Below, piece after piece: positions 25,065 through 32,115 of a stretch of 32,115 nucleotides of DNA. The translations under genes and the position numbers were made by a program. The notes below the pieces were generated by a model that had not been told where the DNA came from, searched no databases, and was given only the letters and a program-made list of their open reading frames with translations. Each line of letters starts with the position of its first letter. Positions within the stretch are counted from its first letter, which is position 1. Source of the stretch: Candidatus Aenigmarchaeota archaeon ex4484_52 (GTDB taxonomy: Archaea; EX4484-52); the NCBI GenBank assembly GCA_002254415.1, contig NJDR01000001.1, positions 1 to 32,115 of the forward strand. The letters run 5' to 3'.

Positions 25065-25222
25065 CTTATTTTAAAAGAAAAAGAAATTTCGGGCTGGAAA
25101 AAAGCGTTTGCAGGCGTTGCGGCTATCGCGGCAGAGGTGTTATAAATCAATATAATTTGCATTATTGCAAGAGATGTTTCAGAGAGATTGCTGAAATAAT
25201 TGGTTTTAAAAAATACAGCTAA
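24998..25222 (+). CDS. rps14: 30S ribosomal protein uS14 (type Z / S29e); start codon unresolved
   Basis: KRKRNFGLEKSVCRRCGYRGRGVINQYNLHYCKRCFREIAEIIGFKKYS is a full-length uS14 zinc-ribbon core. The homologous region begins at about 25064. The only in-frame ATG/GTG/TTG is the GTG at 24998, inside the tRNA-Ser D arm. Confidence 0.8.
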   Translation: MVVRQSGKLVGFALGGSNPSLDAYFKRKRNFGLEKSVCRRCGYRGRGVINQYNLHYCKRCFREIAEIIGFKKYS

Positions 25223-25226
25223 TCAA

Positions 25227-26249
25227 TCAAATTTTATATCTCAACAATGCAACAATACCACCTAATTCATATAAACGCTCTCCTGCATTATGGTGTGTTT
25301 CAATAATGTGAAAATTTATTTTTTTTTCTTTTGCTAATTCAATTAATTCTTCAATATTCTTATTTGAAATAATTTTGTCAGAAATTAATAATTGCTTTGC
25401 TGCACCAGATTTTATTGCATTATTTACATAGTCAATTCCATAAGCAACTTTTTCTGGTTTTTTTGCAAGTGCCTCAAAAATATTTTCAACTAATTTTATC
25501 TGCTCAGACAAGATAGAGTTTTTTACTACCCTGTCCATTATTCCCCGCGCAATAATTTCATTTAGTCCTGTTTTTCCAACAATACTTGTTTTATCAACAA
25601 TTGTATTTTTTAGTAAATTACAAACTTTTTCTTTTTTGTTTTCACAAATGTATTTAAAAAAATCAGATGCGGCAAAGCCAGGTCCTGCAATAATCAAATA
25701 ATTTGCATTATTTAAGTGTGTTTGTATTGCATTAAAACAATTGCCAAAATATTCATTTGTATTTATATTATATTGTTTTCCTGCATTTTGCCGTTTAATA
25801 TTGCAAACAGAAGATATTCTCTCCTCGTTGGCTTTTGCAATTAATGCATTTCTCTCATCAATATTTACAATTAAAATATTTGTTTTTTTATATCTAATGC
25901 ATTGCTTTAATTGATGAATTTCAAGATTATTCCATTTTTTTTCTATATGAAATATATTATTTGCTCCAATGTGCAGAGTATGGTGTCCTTTTTGAACAAT
26001 GTCTTTTGCTTCAATTATTTTTCCACCTATGTTTAATATATCTCCTTGCTTGGACAAATTTATTTTTTCAGCAATTATTTTCAAAAAAATAGAGACCTTT
26101 TGTTTCTTTGATGTTTTCTGCTCTGTCCTAAATGTTTTTGCACCAACAATATCATTTTTTTTTATGATTTTGCAAAGTGCGTACAGATCCTCTGTTGTCT
26201 GCGTCTTTATTATTGTGTTTTTCTTTGCATCAAATTTTATTAATTTCAT
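25227..26249 (-). CDS. pelA: mRNA surveillance / ribosome rescue factor Pelota (Dom34)
   Basis: N-terminus MKLIKFDAKKNTIIKTQTTEDLYALCKIIKKNDIV, plus eRF1-like central and C-terminal domains (AYGIDYVNNAIKSGAAKQLLISD). Confidence 0.88.
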   Translation of the reverse strand: MKLIKFDAKKNTIIKTQTTEDLYALCKIIKKNDIVGAKTFRTEQKTSKKQKVSIFLKIIAEKINLSKQGDILNIGGKIIEAKDIVQKGHHTLHIGANNIFHIEKKWNNLEIHQLKQCIRYKKTNILIVNIDERNALIAKANEERISSVCNIKRQNAGKQYNINTNEYFGNCFNAIQTHLNNANYLIIAGPGFAASDFFKYICENKKEKVCNLLKNTIVDKTSIVGKTGLNEIIARGIMDRVVKNSILSEQIKLVENIFEALAKKPEKVAYGIDYVNNAIKSGAAKQLLISDKIISNKNIEELIELAKEKKINFHIIETHHNAGERLYELGGIVALLRYKI

Positions 26250-26971
26250 AATTCATAACTTAAATTTGGAGTGAAAATAGGAATTCTTTCAATTGAAATA
26301 TTTCTGTTAGATAATAATTTTGCAGAATTGCAAAAATCATCTAATTCATTAATTTTTATTCCAAGCAAAATTGCTTTTGCTTTTGTCGAATTTATTTTTT
26401 TTATTAATTCATTTCTAAATTCTGCAATATGCAAATTAGAGCACTCTATTTTTGATATTTTGTTTTGTATATTGGGATCATATTTTCTAAAATTTTTTTG
26501 GCAAAAATTAATATCATTTTGTGTAATTTTTGTTCCAATTAAAATAACATATAATTTTGCACCTCTCACCAACATATTTAGCCCTGCTTTAATATCATCG
26601 TCAAAATATTTTTTTTCATTTCTAATCAAGCAAATAATATTTCCTTCGACGCCTGCTGGCAAGCCACCTAATCCAATAATTTTATTTGTATAAATCCAGA
26701 CATCATTGTTTTTTATTTCAATGAATATTGTCTTATCTGGCTTTGTTAAATTAACTTTATTTCCAAAAAATTTATTAATTAAAAAACCTATTTTTCTTTC
26801 AATGTCAATACTTGTAAAAATATGATTTCCCTGCCTCTTTACTCTAACTGCAAATGTTTGTTTTTTTGAAAGTTCTTTTTCCACTATTTCCTTTAATGTC
26901 TCAAATATTTTTTTGCAATAAAAGTCAATAGAAATATCTTTTTCAGCAGATATTTTTGATTGCATTTTCAA
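26246..26971 (-). CDS. ThiI-like THUMP-domain protein with a degenerate PP-loop
   Basis: THUMP core is TFAVRVKRQGNHIFTSIDIERKIG...VNLTKPDKTIFIEI, followed by the ThiI-specific GLGGLPAGVEGNIICL. The expected SGGxDS is replaced by IRNEKKYFDDD. The C-terminus AKAILLGI...IPIFTPNL resembles the ThiI tail. It overlaps pelota by 4 nt (ATGA). Confidence 0.6.
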   Translation of the reverse strand: MKMQSKISAEKDISIDFYCKKIFETLKEIVEKELSKKQTFAVRVKRQGNHIFTSIDIERKIGFLINKFFGNKVNLTKPDKTIFIEIKNNDVWIYTNKIIGLGGLPAGVEGNIICLIRNEKKYFDDDIKAGLNMLVRGAKLYVILIGTKITQNDINFCQKNFRKYDPNIQNKISKIECSNLHIAEFRNELIKKINSTKAKAILLGIKINELDDFCNSAKLLSNRNISIERIPIFTPNLSYEL

Positions 26972-27347
26972 TATATTTCATTCCTTTCAGTGTTAATTTT
27001 CTTCCCTTTTTATTTTTCTCTACAAGGTCCAGTTTTTCTAATTGTTGCAATGCCTTTCTTATATTGTTGCCTGCTGCTTTTTTGAATTTTTCTGGCTTAT
27101 AACCTCTATTTTTCCTGCCGCCGTATTTTACCCTCAATCGCGAAACACCGATTTGTCTTGTTGAAACAAAGCACAAGATTGATGCTATTCTAAAAAACCA
27201 CCAATTTTTATCATCAGGAATTTTTTTTTTATGTATTCCTGTTTTTACAAAATTAATCCAATTTGGAATAGAGATTGTTTTTTCTTTTTGAAGATCGGAT
27301 GACAATTGATTAATTAATTTTTGCCTATCTACTATATTTATATCCAT
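26943..27347 (-). CDS. rps19e: 30S ribosomal protein eS19
   Basis: PNWINFVKTGIHKKKIPDDKNWWFFRIASIL...GVSRLRVKYGGRKNRGYKPEKFKKAAGNNIRKALQQLEKLDLVEK. Confidence 0.9.
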   Translation of the reverse strand: MDINIVDRQKLINQLSSDLQKEKTISIPNWINFVKTGIHKKKIPDDKNWWFFRIASILCFVSTRQIGVSRLRVKYGGRKNRGYKPEKFKKAAGNNIRKALQQLEKLDLVEKNKKGRKLTLKGMKYIENAIKNIC

Positions 27348-27354
27348 ATTTATT

Positions 27355-27915
27355 TTAATTTCTTTTATATAAATTTACAGGATTTTTCTTGTTAAATAAC
27401 CTCCATTTTATATTATTGTTTTTTAACTCCTCTAATATTCTTTTTTTTATTGATTTTTTTATATCAATACCCAAAGATACTCTTTTATTAAAATCATCAA
27501 AGTTTATAAATTTACTTTTTTTTCTTTCATTGATTACATTCCACATATATTTTTTTCCTATCCCGGGAAGCAGTTCACATTGATGTTTTTTTTTTGTCAA
27601 AGGGCGCATATTATTTATAAAATCAATAAAAAAGTCCTGTTTTTCTTCAATAATTCGTTCAATTGAATTCTCTAATTCTTCTTGTGCAAAAGAACTTAAT
27701 TTTGAGTGATTTATAATATTTTTTATTGTTTTAATTTTATTTCTTTTCCCAAAACCAATATATACTTTTTCTTGAATTTTTATTGAAACATTTGGCAAAG
27801 ATACAGCTTCAAGTAAATTAAAATTATTATCTCCAACCAAATGAACAATTTGACCGGTATTTGTATCATAGGCAGATTTTATAATATCTATTATCATTGC
27901 ATATTCTTCTCTCAT
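27355..27915 (-). CDS. DUF655 (COG1491) predicted RNA-binding protein with OB fold and helix-hairpin-helix
   Basis: N-terminus EEYAMIIDII..., central FIDFINNMRPLTKKKHQCELLPGIGKKYMWNVINERKK..F.NFDDFNKRV. Confidence 0.75.
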   Translation of the reverse strand: MREEYAMIIDIIKSAYDTNTGQIVHLVGDNNFNLLEAVSLPNVSIKIQEKVYIGFGKRNKIKTIKNIINHSKLSSFAQEELENSIERIIEEKQDFFIDFINNMRPLTKKKHQCELLPGIGKKYMWNVINERKKSKFINFDDFNKRVSLGIDIKKSIKKRILEELKNNNIKWRLFNKKNPVNLYKRN

Positions 27916-28116
27916 ATTTTTTCCCTTGTATAACTATACATTTAGACAATAATATTTTTTTAAAACATATCTTTAAATTCTTTTTTATATTTCTTTAAAA
28001 AAAGTGTCGTTGCTTAAAGTAACAACAACATCTGTTTATATAAAAAATAACAAAAGCTTTTTATAATTAATGAATATATAATCATATACAATATAGGAAT
28101 GGAAAAGGGTGATAAA

Positions 28117-30039
28117 ATGGGAAAAATAATAGGTATTGATTTGGGAACAACATTTAGTGCTGTTTCAGTAATGGAAGGTGGAAAAGCAGTTATAATTCCG
28201 AATAAAGAAGGAACAAGAACAACTCCATCAATAGTAGGATTTACAAAAACAGGCGAACGATTAATTGGTGTTTTGGCAAAAAGACAGGCAATTACAAATC
28301 CAAAAAACACAATTTATTCTGCAAAAAGATTTATAGGTAGAAAATTTAATGATTCTCTTGTGCAAAAAGAAATAAAAAAAATTCCATTTAAAGTAAAGGC
28401 AACATCAAACGGAGATTGTGCATTTGTACTTGAAAACGGAAAGAACTTCAGCCCTCAGGAAATATCTGCTATGATTTTGCAAAAATTAAAAGAAGATGCA
28501 GAAAGTTATTTAGGTACAAAAATAACAGAAGCAGTGATTACAGTCCCTGCTTATTTTGATGATGCTCAAAGAAATGCAACAAAAGATGCAGGAAAAATTG
28601 CTGGATTAAATGTAAAAAGAATAATAAATGAACCAACTGCATCTTCTCTTGCTTATGGAATAGACAAAACATCTTCTAAAACAATTCTTGTTTTTGATTT
28701 TGGCGGAGGAACATTTGATGTTACAATACTTGAGCTTGGAGAAGGAGTTTTTGAAGTAAAATCAACATCAGGAGATGATCATTTAGGTGGGGATGATTTT
28801 GACCAAAAAATAATGAATTATATTTTTGATGAATTTAAAAAACAAAATGGAATTGATTTGTCAAAAGATGCTTCTGCAATTCAGAGAATAAAAGATGCAG
28901 CAGAAAAAGCAAAAATAGAACTCTCAACAACTATACAGACCTCAATTAATCTTCCATTTATTACAGCAGATGCAAGTGGCCCAAAACACATTGACATGAC
29001 ATTGACAAGAGCAAATTTTGAAGAATTGATTGGTGATTTATTAGAAAGAGCAAAAAAGCCATGCCATAAAGCATTGGATGATGCCAAATTAAAACCAGCA
29101 GATATTGATGAAGTATTATTAATAGGAGGTTCAACAAGATGTCCAGCAGTCCAAAAACTTGCAAAAGATATGTTTGAAAAAGAGCCAACAAAAAACATAA
29201 ACCCAGATGAAGCAGTAGCACTTGGAGCAGCAATTCAGGGCGGAATTCTTGGCGGTGATGTGAAAGATGTGCTTCTTTTAGATGTAACTCCATTGACTTT
29301 GAGTATTGAAACATTAGGTGGAATCGCAACTCAGCTAATAGAGAGAAATACAACAATTCCTGCAAAAAAAACACAAATATTTTCAACAGCAGCAGACAAC
29401 CAGCCAAGTGTAGAAATAAATGTGCTTCAGGGAGAGCGAAAAATGGCAGCAGATAATATAAGTTTGGGAAGATTTATTTTAGATGGAATTCCACCGGCAC
29501 CGAGAGGAATACCACAAATTGAAGTAACATTTGATATTGATTCAAATGGCATTTTGCAGGTTTCAGCAAAGGATTTGGGGACAGGTAAACAACAAAGTAT
29601 TACAATTAAAAAGACAAGCGGGTTAAGTGATGAAGAAATCAAGAAAAAAATAGATGAAGCAAAAGCAAATGAAGAAGAAGATAAGAAAAGAGCACAGGAA
29701 ATTTTAGAGAAAAACGAGGCAGAAATGCTAGTAAATACTGTTGAAAAAACAATTAAAGAGGCACCAAAAGATATTTTAACAGATGACAAAAAAAAGGAAA
29801 TTGAAGACAAAAAACAGGCACTAAAAAAAGCAATTGAATCAAATAATATTGATGAAATAAAAACAAAAAAAGAAGATTTATCTAGTGCAATACAAGAAAT
29901 AACTATAAAGATGTATCAACAGGCTCAACAAAAAGCACAAGAAGCACAAAAACAACAACAAACAAAAGCATCAGAAGAAACAAAAAAAGACAAAAAAGAA
30001 GATGAAAAAGTTGTAGAAGGAGAAGTTGAAAATAATTGA
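28117..30039 (+). CDS. dnaK: molecular chaperone DnaK (Hsp70)
   Basis: [37 protein letters not shown] and the substrate-binding domain. I prefer the ATG at 28117, preceded by a GGTGA Shine-Dalgarno. The C-terminal tail is K/E/Q-rich. Confidence 0.97.
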   Translation: MGKIIGIDLGTTFSAVSVMEGGKAVIIPNKEGTRTTPSIVGFTKTGERLIGVLAKRQAITNPKNTIYSAKRFIGRKFNDSLVQKEIKKIPFKVKATSNGDCAFVLENGKNFSPQEISAMILQKLKEDAESYLGTKITEAVITVPAYFDDAQRNATKDAGKIAGLNVKRIINEPTASSLAYGIDKTSSKTILVFDFGGGTFDVTILELGEGVFEVKSTSGDDHLGGDDFDQKIMNYIFDEFKKQNGIDLSKDASAIQRIKDAAEKAKIELSTTIQTSINLPFITADASGPKHIDMTLTRANFEELIGDLLERAKKPCHKALDDAKLKPADIDEVLLIGGSTRCPAVQKLAKDMFEKEPTKNINPDEAVALGAAIQGGILGGDVKDVLLLDVTPLTLSIETLGGIATQLIERNTTIPAKKTQIFSTAADNQPSVEINVLQGERKMAADNISLGRFILDGIPPAPRGIPQIEVTFDIDSNGILQVSAKDLGTGKQQSITIKKTSGLSDEEIKKKIDEAKANEEEDKKRAQEILEKNEAEMLVNTVEKTIKEAPKDILTDDKKKEIEDKKQALKKAIESNNIDEIKTKKEDLSSAIQEITIKMYQQAQQKAQEAQKQQQTKASEETKKDKKEDEKVVEGEVENN

Positions 30040-30040
30040 T

Positions 30041-30499
30041 TTACAAGATTTTTTCTTCTTTGTCTGCAATATATTTTGTATTGCATTCACAATAAATACA
30101 TTTTAAAATAATTGGCTTTTTGCATACAACCATAAATTCTGGATCAATCTGCTCATAATTTGTAATGCATCGCGGATTTCTGCATTTTCCAATTCCTTTA
30201 ATAAAATCAGGTATTTTTGCATTATTTTTTTGAATAATTTTACTATTTTTTATAATGCTAATTGTCGCATTTGGACTAATAAGTGCAAGTTCATTATATT
30301 CTTTTTCTTTTAGAAATTTGTTTTCTATTTTTATTATATCTTTTTTTTTGTATTTTTTGCTCTTTGCATTAATGCAAATAATTACGCATTCATCTTTTAT
30401 ATTGCCTAAAATAGAGAGCACCTTGATTGCACAATCAGGCTTTATATGATCAATTACTGTGCCATTAATTATTTTTCTAATTTTTTGTTCTTTTTTCAT
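30041..30499 (-). CDS. pyrI: aspartate carbamoyltransferase regulatory subunit
   Basis: IINGTVIDHI...AIKVLSIL allosteric domain and the Zn domain CRNPRCITN ... CIYCE. Confidence 0.9.
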   Translation of the reverse strand: MKKEQKIRKIINGTVIDHIKPDCAIKVLSILGNIKDECVIICINAKSKKYKKKDIIKIENKFLKEKEYNELALISPNATISIIKNSKIIQKNNAKIPDFIKGIGKCRNPRCITNYEQIDPEFMVVCKKPIILKCIYCECNTKYIADKEEKIL

Positions 30500-30511
30500 A
30501 TATATTGTATT

Positions 30512-31438
30512 TTATATTTTAAGCATTATTTCCAATATTGCCATTCTGACAGGAACTCCAAAAAATGCCTGCTGGAAATAAATGCATCTTTTGTCATTGT
30601 CAATTTCTGGATTTATTTCATCTACTCTTGGAAGCGGATGCATAATAAAAAGATTTTTTGGTGCAATAGACATTATTTTTTTATCCAATATATATCTGCC
30701 TTTAAGTCGCAAATATTCTTTTTCACTAATGAATCTTTCCTTTTGTATGCGAGTGATATATAAAATATCTAATTTATTTATTACTTCATTTAAATTTTCT
30801 GTCTGGAATATTTTTCCGCCATAATTTTGGATTTTGTCCTTTATTTCATTTGGCATTCTTAATTCTTCAGGGCTGATGCAAATAATTTCATTTCCAAATA
30901 ACGCCAATGCCTGCAAAAGAGAATGCGTTGTTCTTCCAAATTTCAAGTCCCCACACAACCCGATTTTTAAATTTGAAATAGTATTCTTCTTTATCATAAT
31001 AGTAAATAAATCCATTAATGTCTGTGTTGGGTGTTCGTGCCCGCCATCTCCCGCATTAATAATAGGAATTTTGCAGTATTTTGCTGCTAATTTAGATGAA
31101 CCTTCTAATGGGTGTCTTATGCAAATAATATCGGCATAATTTTGAACAGTTTTTATTGTATCTGTAAGTGATTCTCCTTTTTTTGCTGAACTTGTGCTTG
31201 CATCAGCAAAGCCAATTACATTTCCTCCTAAGCGATGCATTGCCGCCTCAAAAGACAGGCGCGTCCTCGTGCTTGCTTCAAAAAATAAACATGCAAGAAT
31301 TTTGCCTTTGCAAATATTAAGAGTTTTTTTGCTATTTAAAATATTTAGCATTTGTTTTGATTTGTCAAGGATAAAATTGATTTGCTCTTTTGTCAAGTTA
31401 TCAATGCTTGTTAAATGTGTTATTTGTTTTAAAACCAT
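30512..31438 (-). CDS. pyrB: aspartate carbamoyltransferase catalytic subunit
   Basis: FFEASTRTRLSFEAAMHRLGG, HPTQ and HPLPR motifs. Confidence 0.95.
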   Translation of the reverse strand: MVLKQITHLTSIDNLTKEQINFILDKSKQMLNILNSKKTLNICKGKILACLFFEASTRTRLSFEAAMHRLGGNVIGFADASTSSAKKGESLTDTIKTVQNYADIICIRHPLEGSSKLAAKYCKIPIINAGDGGHEHPTQTLMDLFTIMIKKNTISNLKIGLCGDLKFGRTTHSLLQALALFGNEIICISPEELRMPNEIKDKIQNYGGKIFQTENLNEVINKLDILYITRIQKERFISEKEYLRLKGRYILDKKIMSIAPKNLFIMHPLPRVDEINPEIDNDKRCIYFQQAFFGVPVRMAILEIMLKI

Positions 31439-31454
31439 ATAAATTCAGGTTTTT

Positions 31455-32115
31455 TTAAAAATCAAAGTCCTGTATTTTTTCCCATTTATTTTCATCTAAT
31501 ACAATAATTTTGTCAGTTCCGATTATATACAAACAATCATCAATATAGATTGCTCTTTTTGCTGATATATTACTTATTGTCTTTTTTAAGTGCAATTTAT
31601 CATTTTCATAAGAAAATACATAGCCGCCTTTGCGCCCGGGAAGGAAAAATATATTATGTTTTTTGTCCAATAAAAAAGCATGATGCGTATTTAAAATATC
31701 AGACCAATATTCATTTAAAATATATTTATCTACTTCAACTGGATTTTCTGGATTTGATACATCAAACAAGGATATTTTTATTTTTGAGTCCTCTTTGCCT
31801 ATTCCCAAAATTTTGTTTTTCTCAATTGGATGAAGATAAGAAGAATACCCGGGTATTTTGAGTTCTCCTTTTAATTCTGGATTTAGAGGATCTGACAAAT
31901 CCAAAACATAAAACGGGTCTATTTTCCTGAATGTTACAACATAGGCATTATCCTGCAAAAACCTAACAGAATAAATCTTCTCTGTTTTTCCCAAGTCCCT
32001 GACAGAACCAACAATATTTAAGTCATTATCCAAAACATAAATATCACTGAAACTATTACTCCATTGCCCGCTTGTTGTTGCAGTCCGCAGATAATTATTG
32101 TATTCATCCAAAGAA
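31455..32115 (-). CDS. beta-propeller domain protein (COG4880 / Beta_propel-like secreted protein), 5'-partial
   Basis: IYSVRFLQDNAYVVTFRKIDPFYVLDLSDPLNPELKGELKIPGYSSYLHP is characteristic of the family. The reading frame is open to the window edge. Confidence 0.75.
   Translation of the reverse strand, partial: SLDEYNNYLRTATTSGQWSNSFSDIYVLDNDLNIVGSVRDLGKTEKIYSVRFLQDNAYVVTFRKIDPFYVLDLSDPLNPELKGELKIPGYSSYLHPIEKNKILGIGKEDSKIKISLFDVSNPENPVEVDKYILNEYWSDILNTHHAFLLDKKHNIFFLPGRKGGYVFSYENDKLHLKKTISNISAKRAIYIDDCLYIIGTDKIIVLDENKWEKIQDFDF

Noticed and set aside
24863-25162. 99-aa minus-strand ORF spanning tRNA-Ser
   Set aside because: It runs antisense through a tRNA gene and through the Rpp29 and uS14 coding regions, and shows no motif.
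28009-28026. Imperfect palindrome GTTGCTTAAAGTAACAAC upstream of dnaK as a possible heat-shock operator
   Set aside because: Only about 5-6 of 9 positions are symmetric, and it does not match CIRCE (TTAGCACTC-N9-GAGTGCTAA) or any operator I recognise.
28014-29810. Minus-strand ORFs 28014-28310, 28881-29198, 28961-29407 and 29427-29810
   Set aside because: They are antisense to dnaK.
30255-31442. Plus-strand ORFs within pyrI and pyrB
   Set aside because: They are antisense shadows of two highly conserved genes.

Overview
The window is strongly AT-rich, tightly packed and archaeal. The archaeal call rests on L7Ae, eS19, eS24, Spt4, archaeal-type DnaG, Rrp4, Pelota, RNase P Rpp29, a TBP-like gene and a tRNA with a bulge-helix-bulge intron. 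Short proteins, scattered ribosomal-protein genes and gene relics suggest a reduced, DPANN-like genome; that lineage call is inference. Most of the content is housekeeping: uS15, L7Ae, uS13-uS4-uS11, eS24, uS14, eS19, FtsZ, MinD-like ATPase, DnaG, DnaK, PGK, AhcY, NAD kinase, PyrB/PyrI, PssA, GatC, Trm5, Pelota, Nog1-like and other GTPases, and four tRNAs. I found no CRISPR array, transposase, integrase or recognisable defence system. Eight things look most unusual. (1) A perfect 29-bp inverted repeat brackets a 1.75-kb segment carrying pgk. (2) A multiply frameshifted relic of a pabB/trpE-pabA/trpG operon sits next to an apparently truncated Nop10. (3) An intron-containing tRNA-Ile has a UAU anticodon. 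(4) A uS14 gene has its only in-frame start codon inside the upstream tRNA-Ser. (5) Two tandem paralogous N-terminally anchored Cys-rich small proteins occur, plus a third larger Cys-knot-like surface protein elsewhere. (6) An acylphosphatase-coiled-coil fusion carries a 3 x 21-bp coding repeat, and an upstream mini-ORF copies its C-terminus. (7) A ThiI-like protein lacks the PP-loop. (8) The TBP-like protein is very divergent. All functional calls come from motif recognition by eye, and no database search was run.
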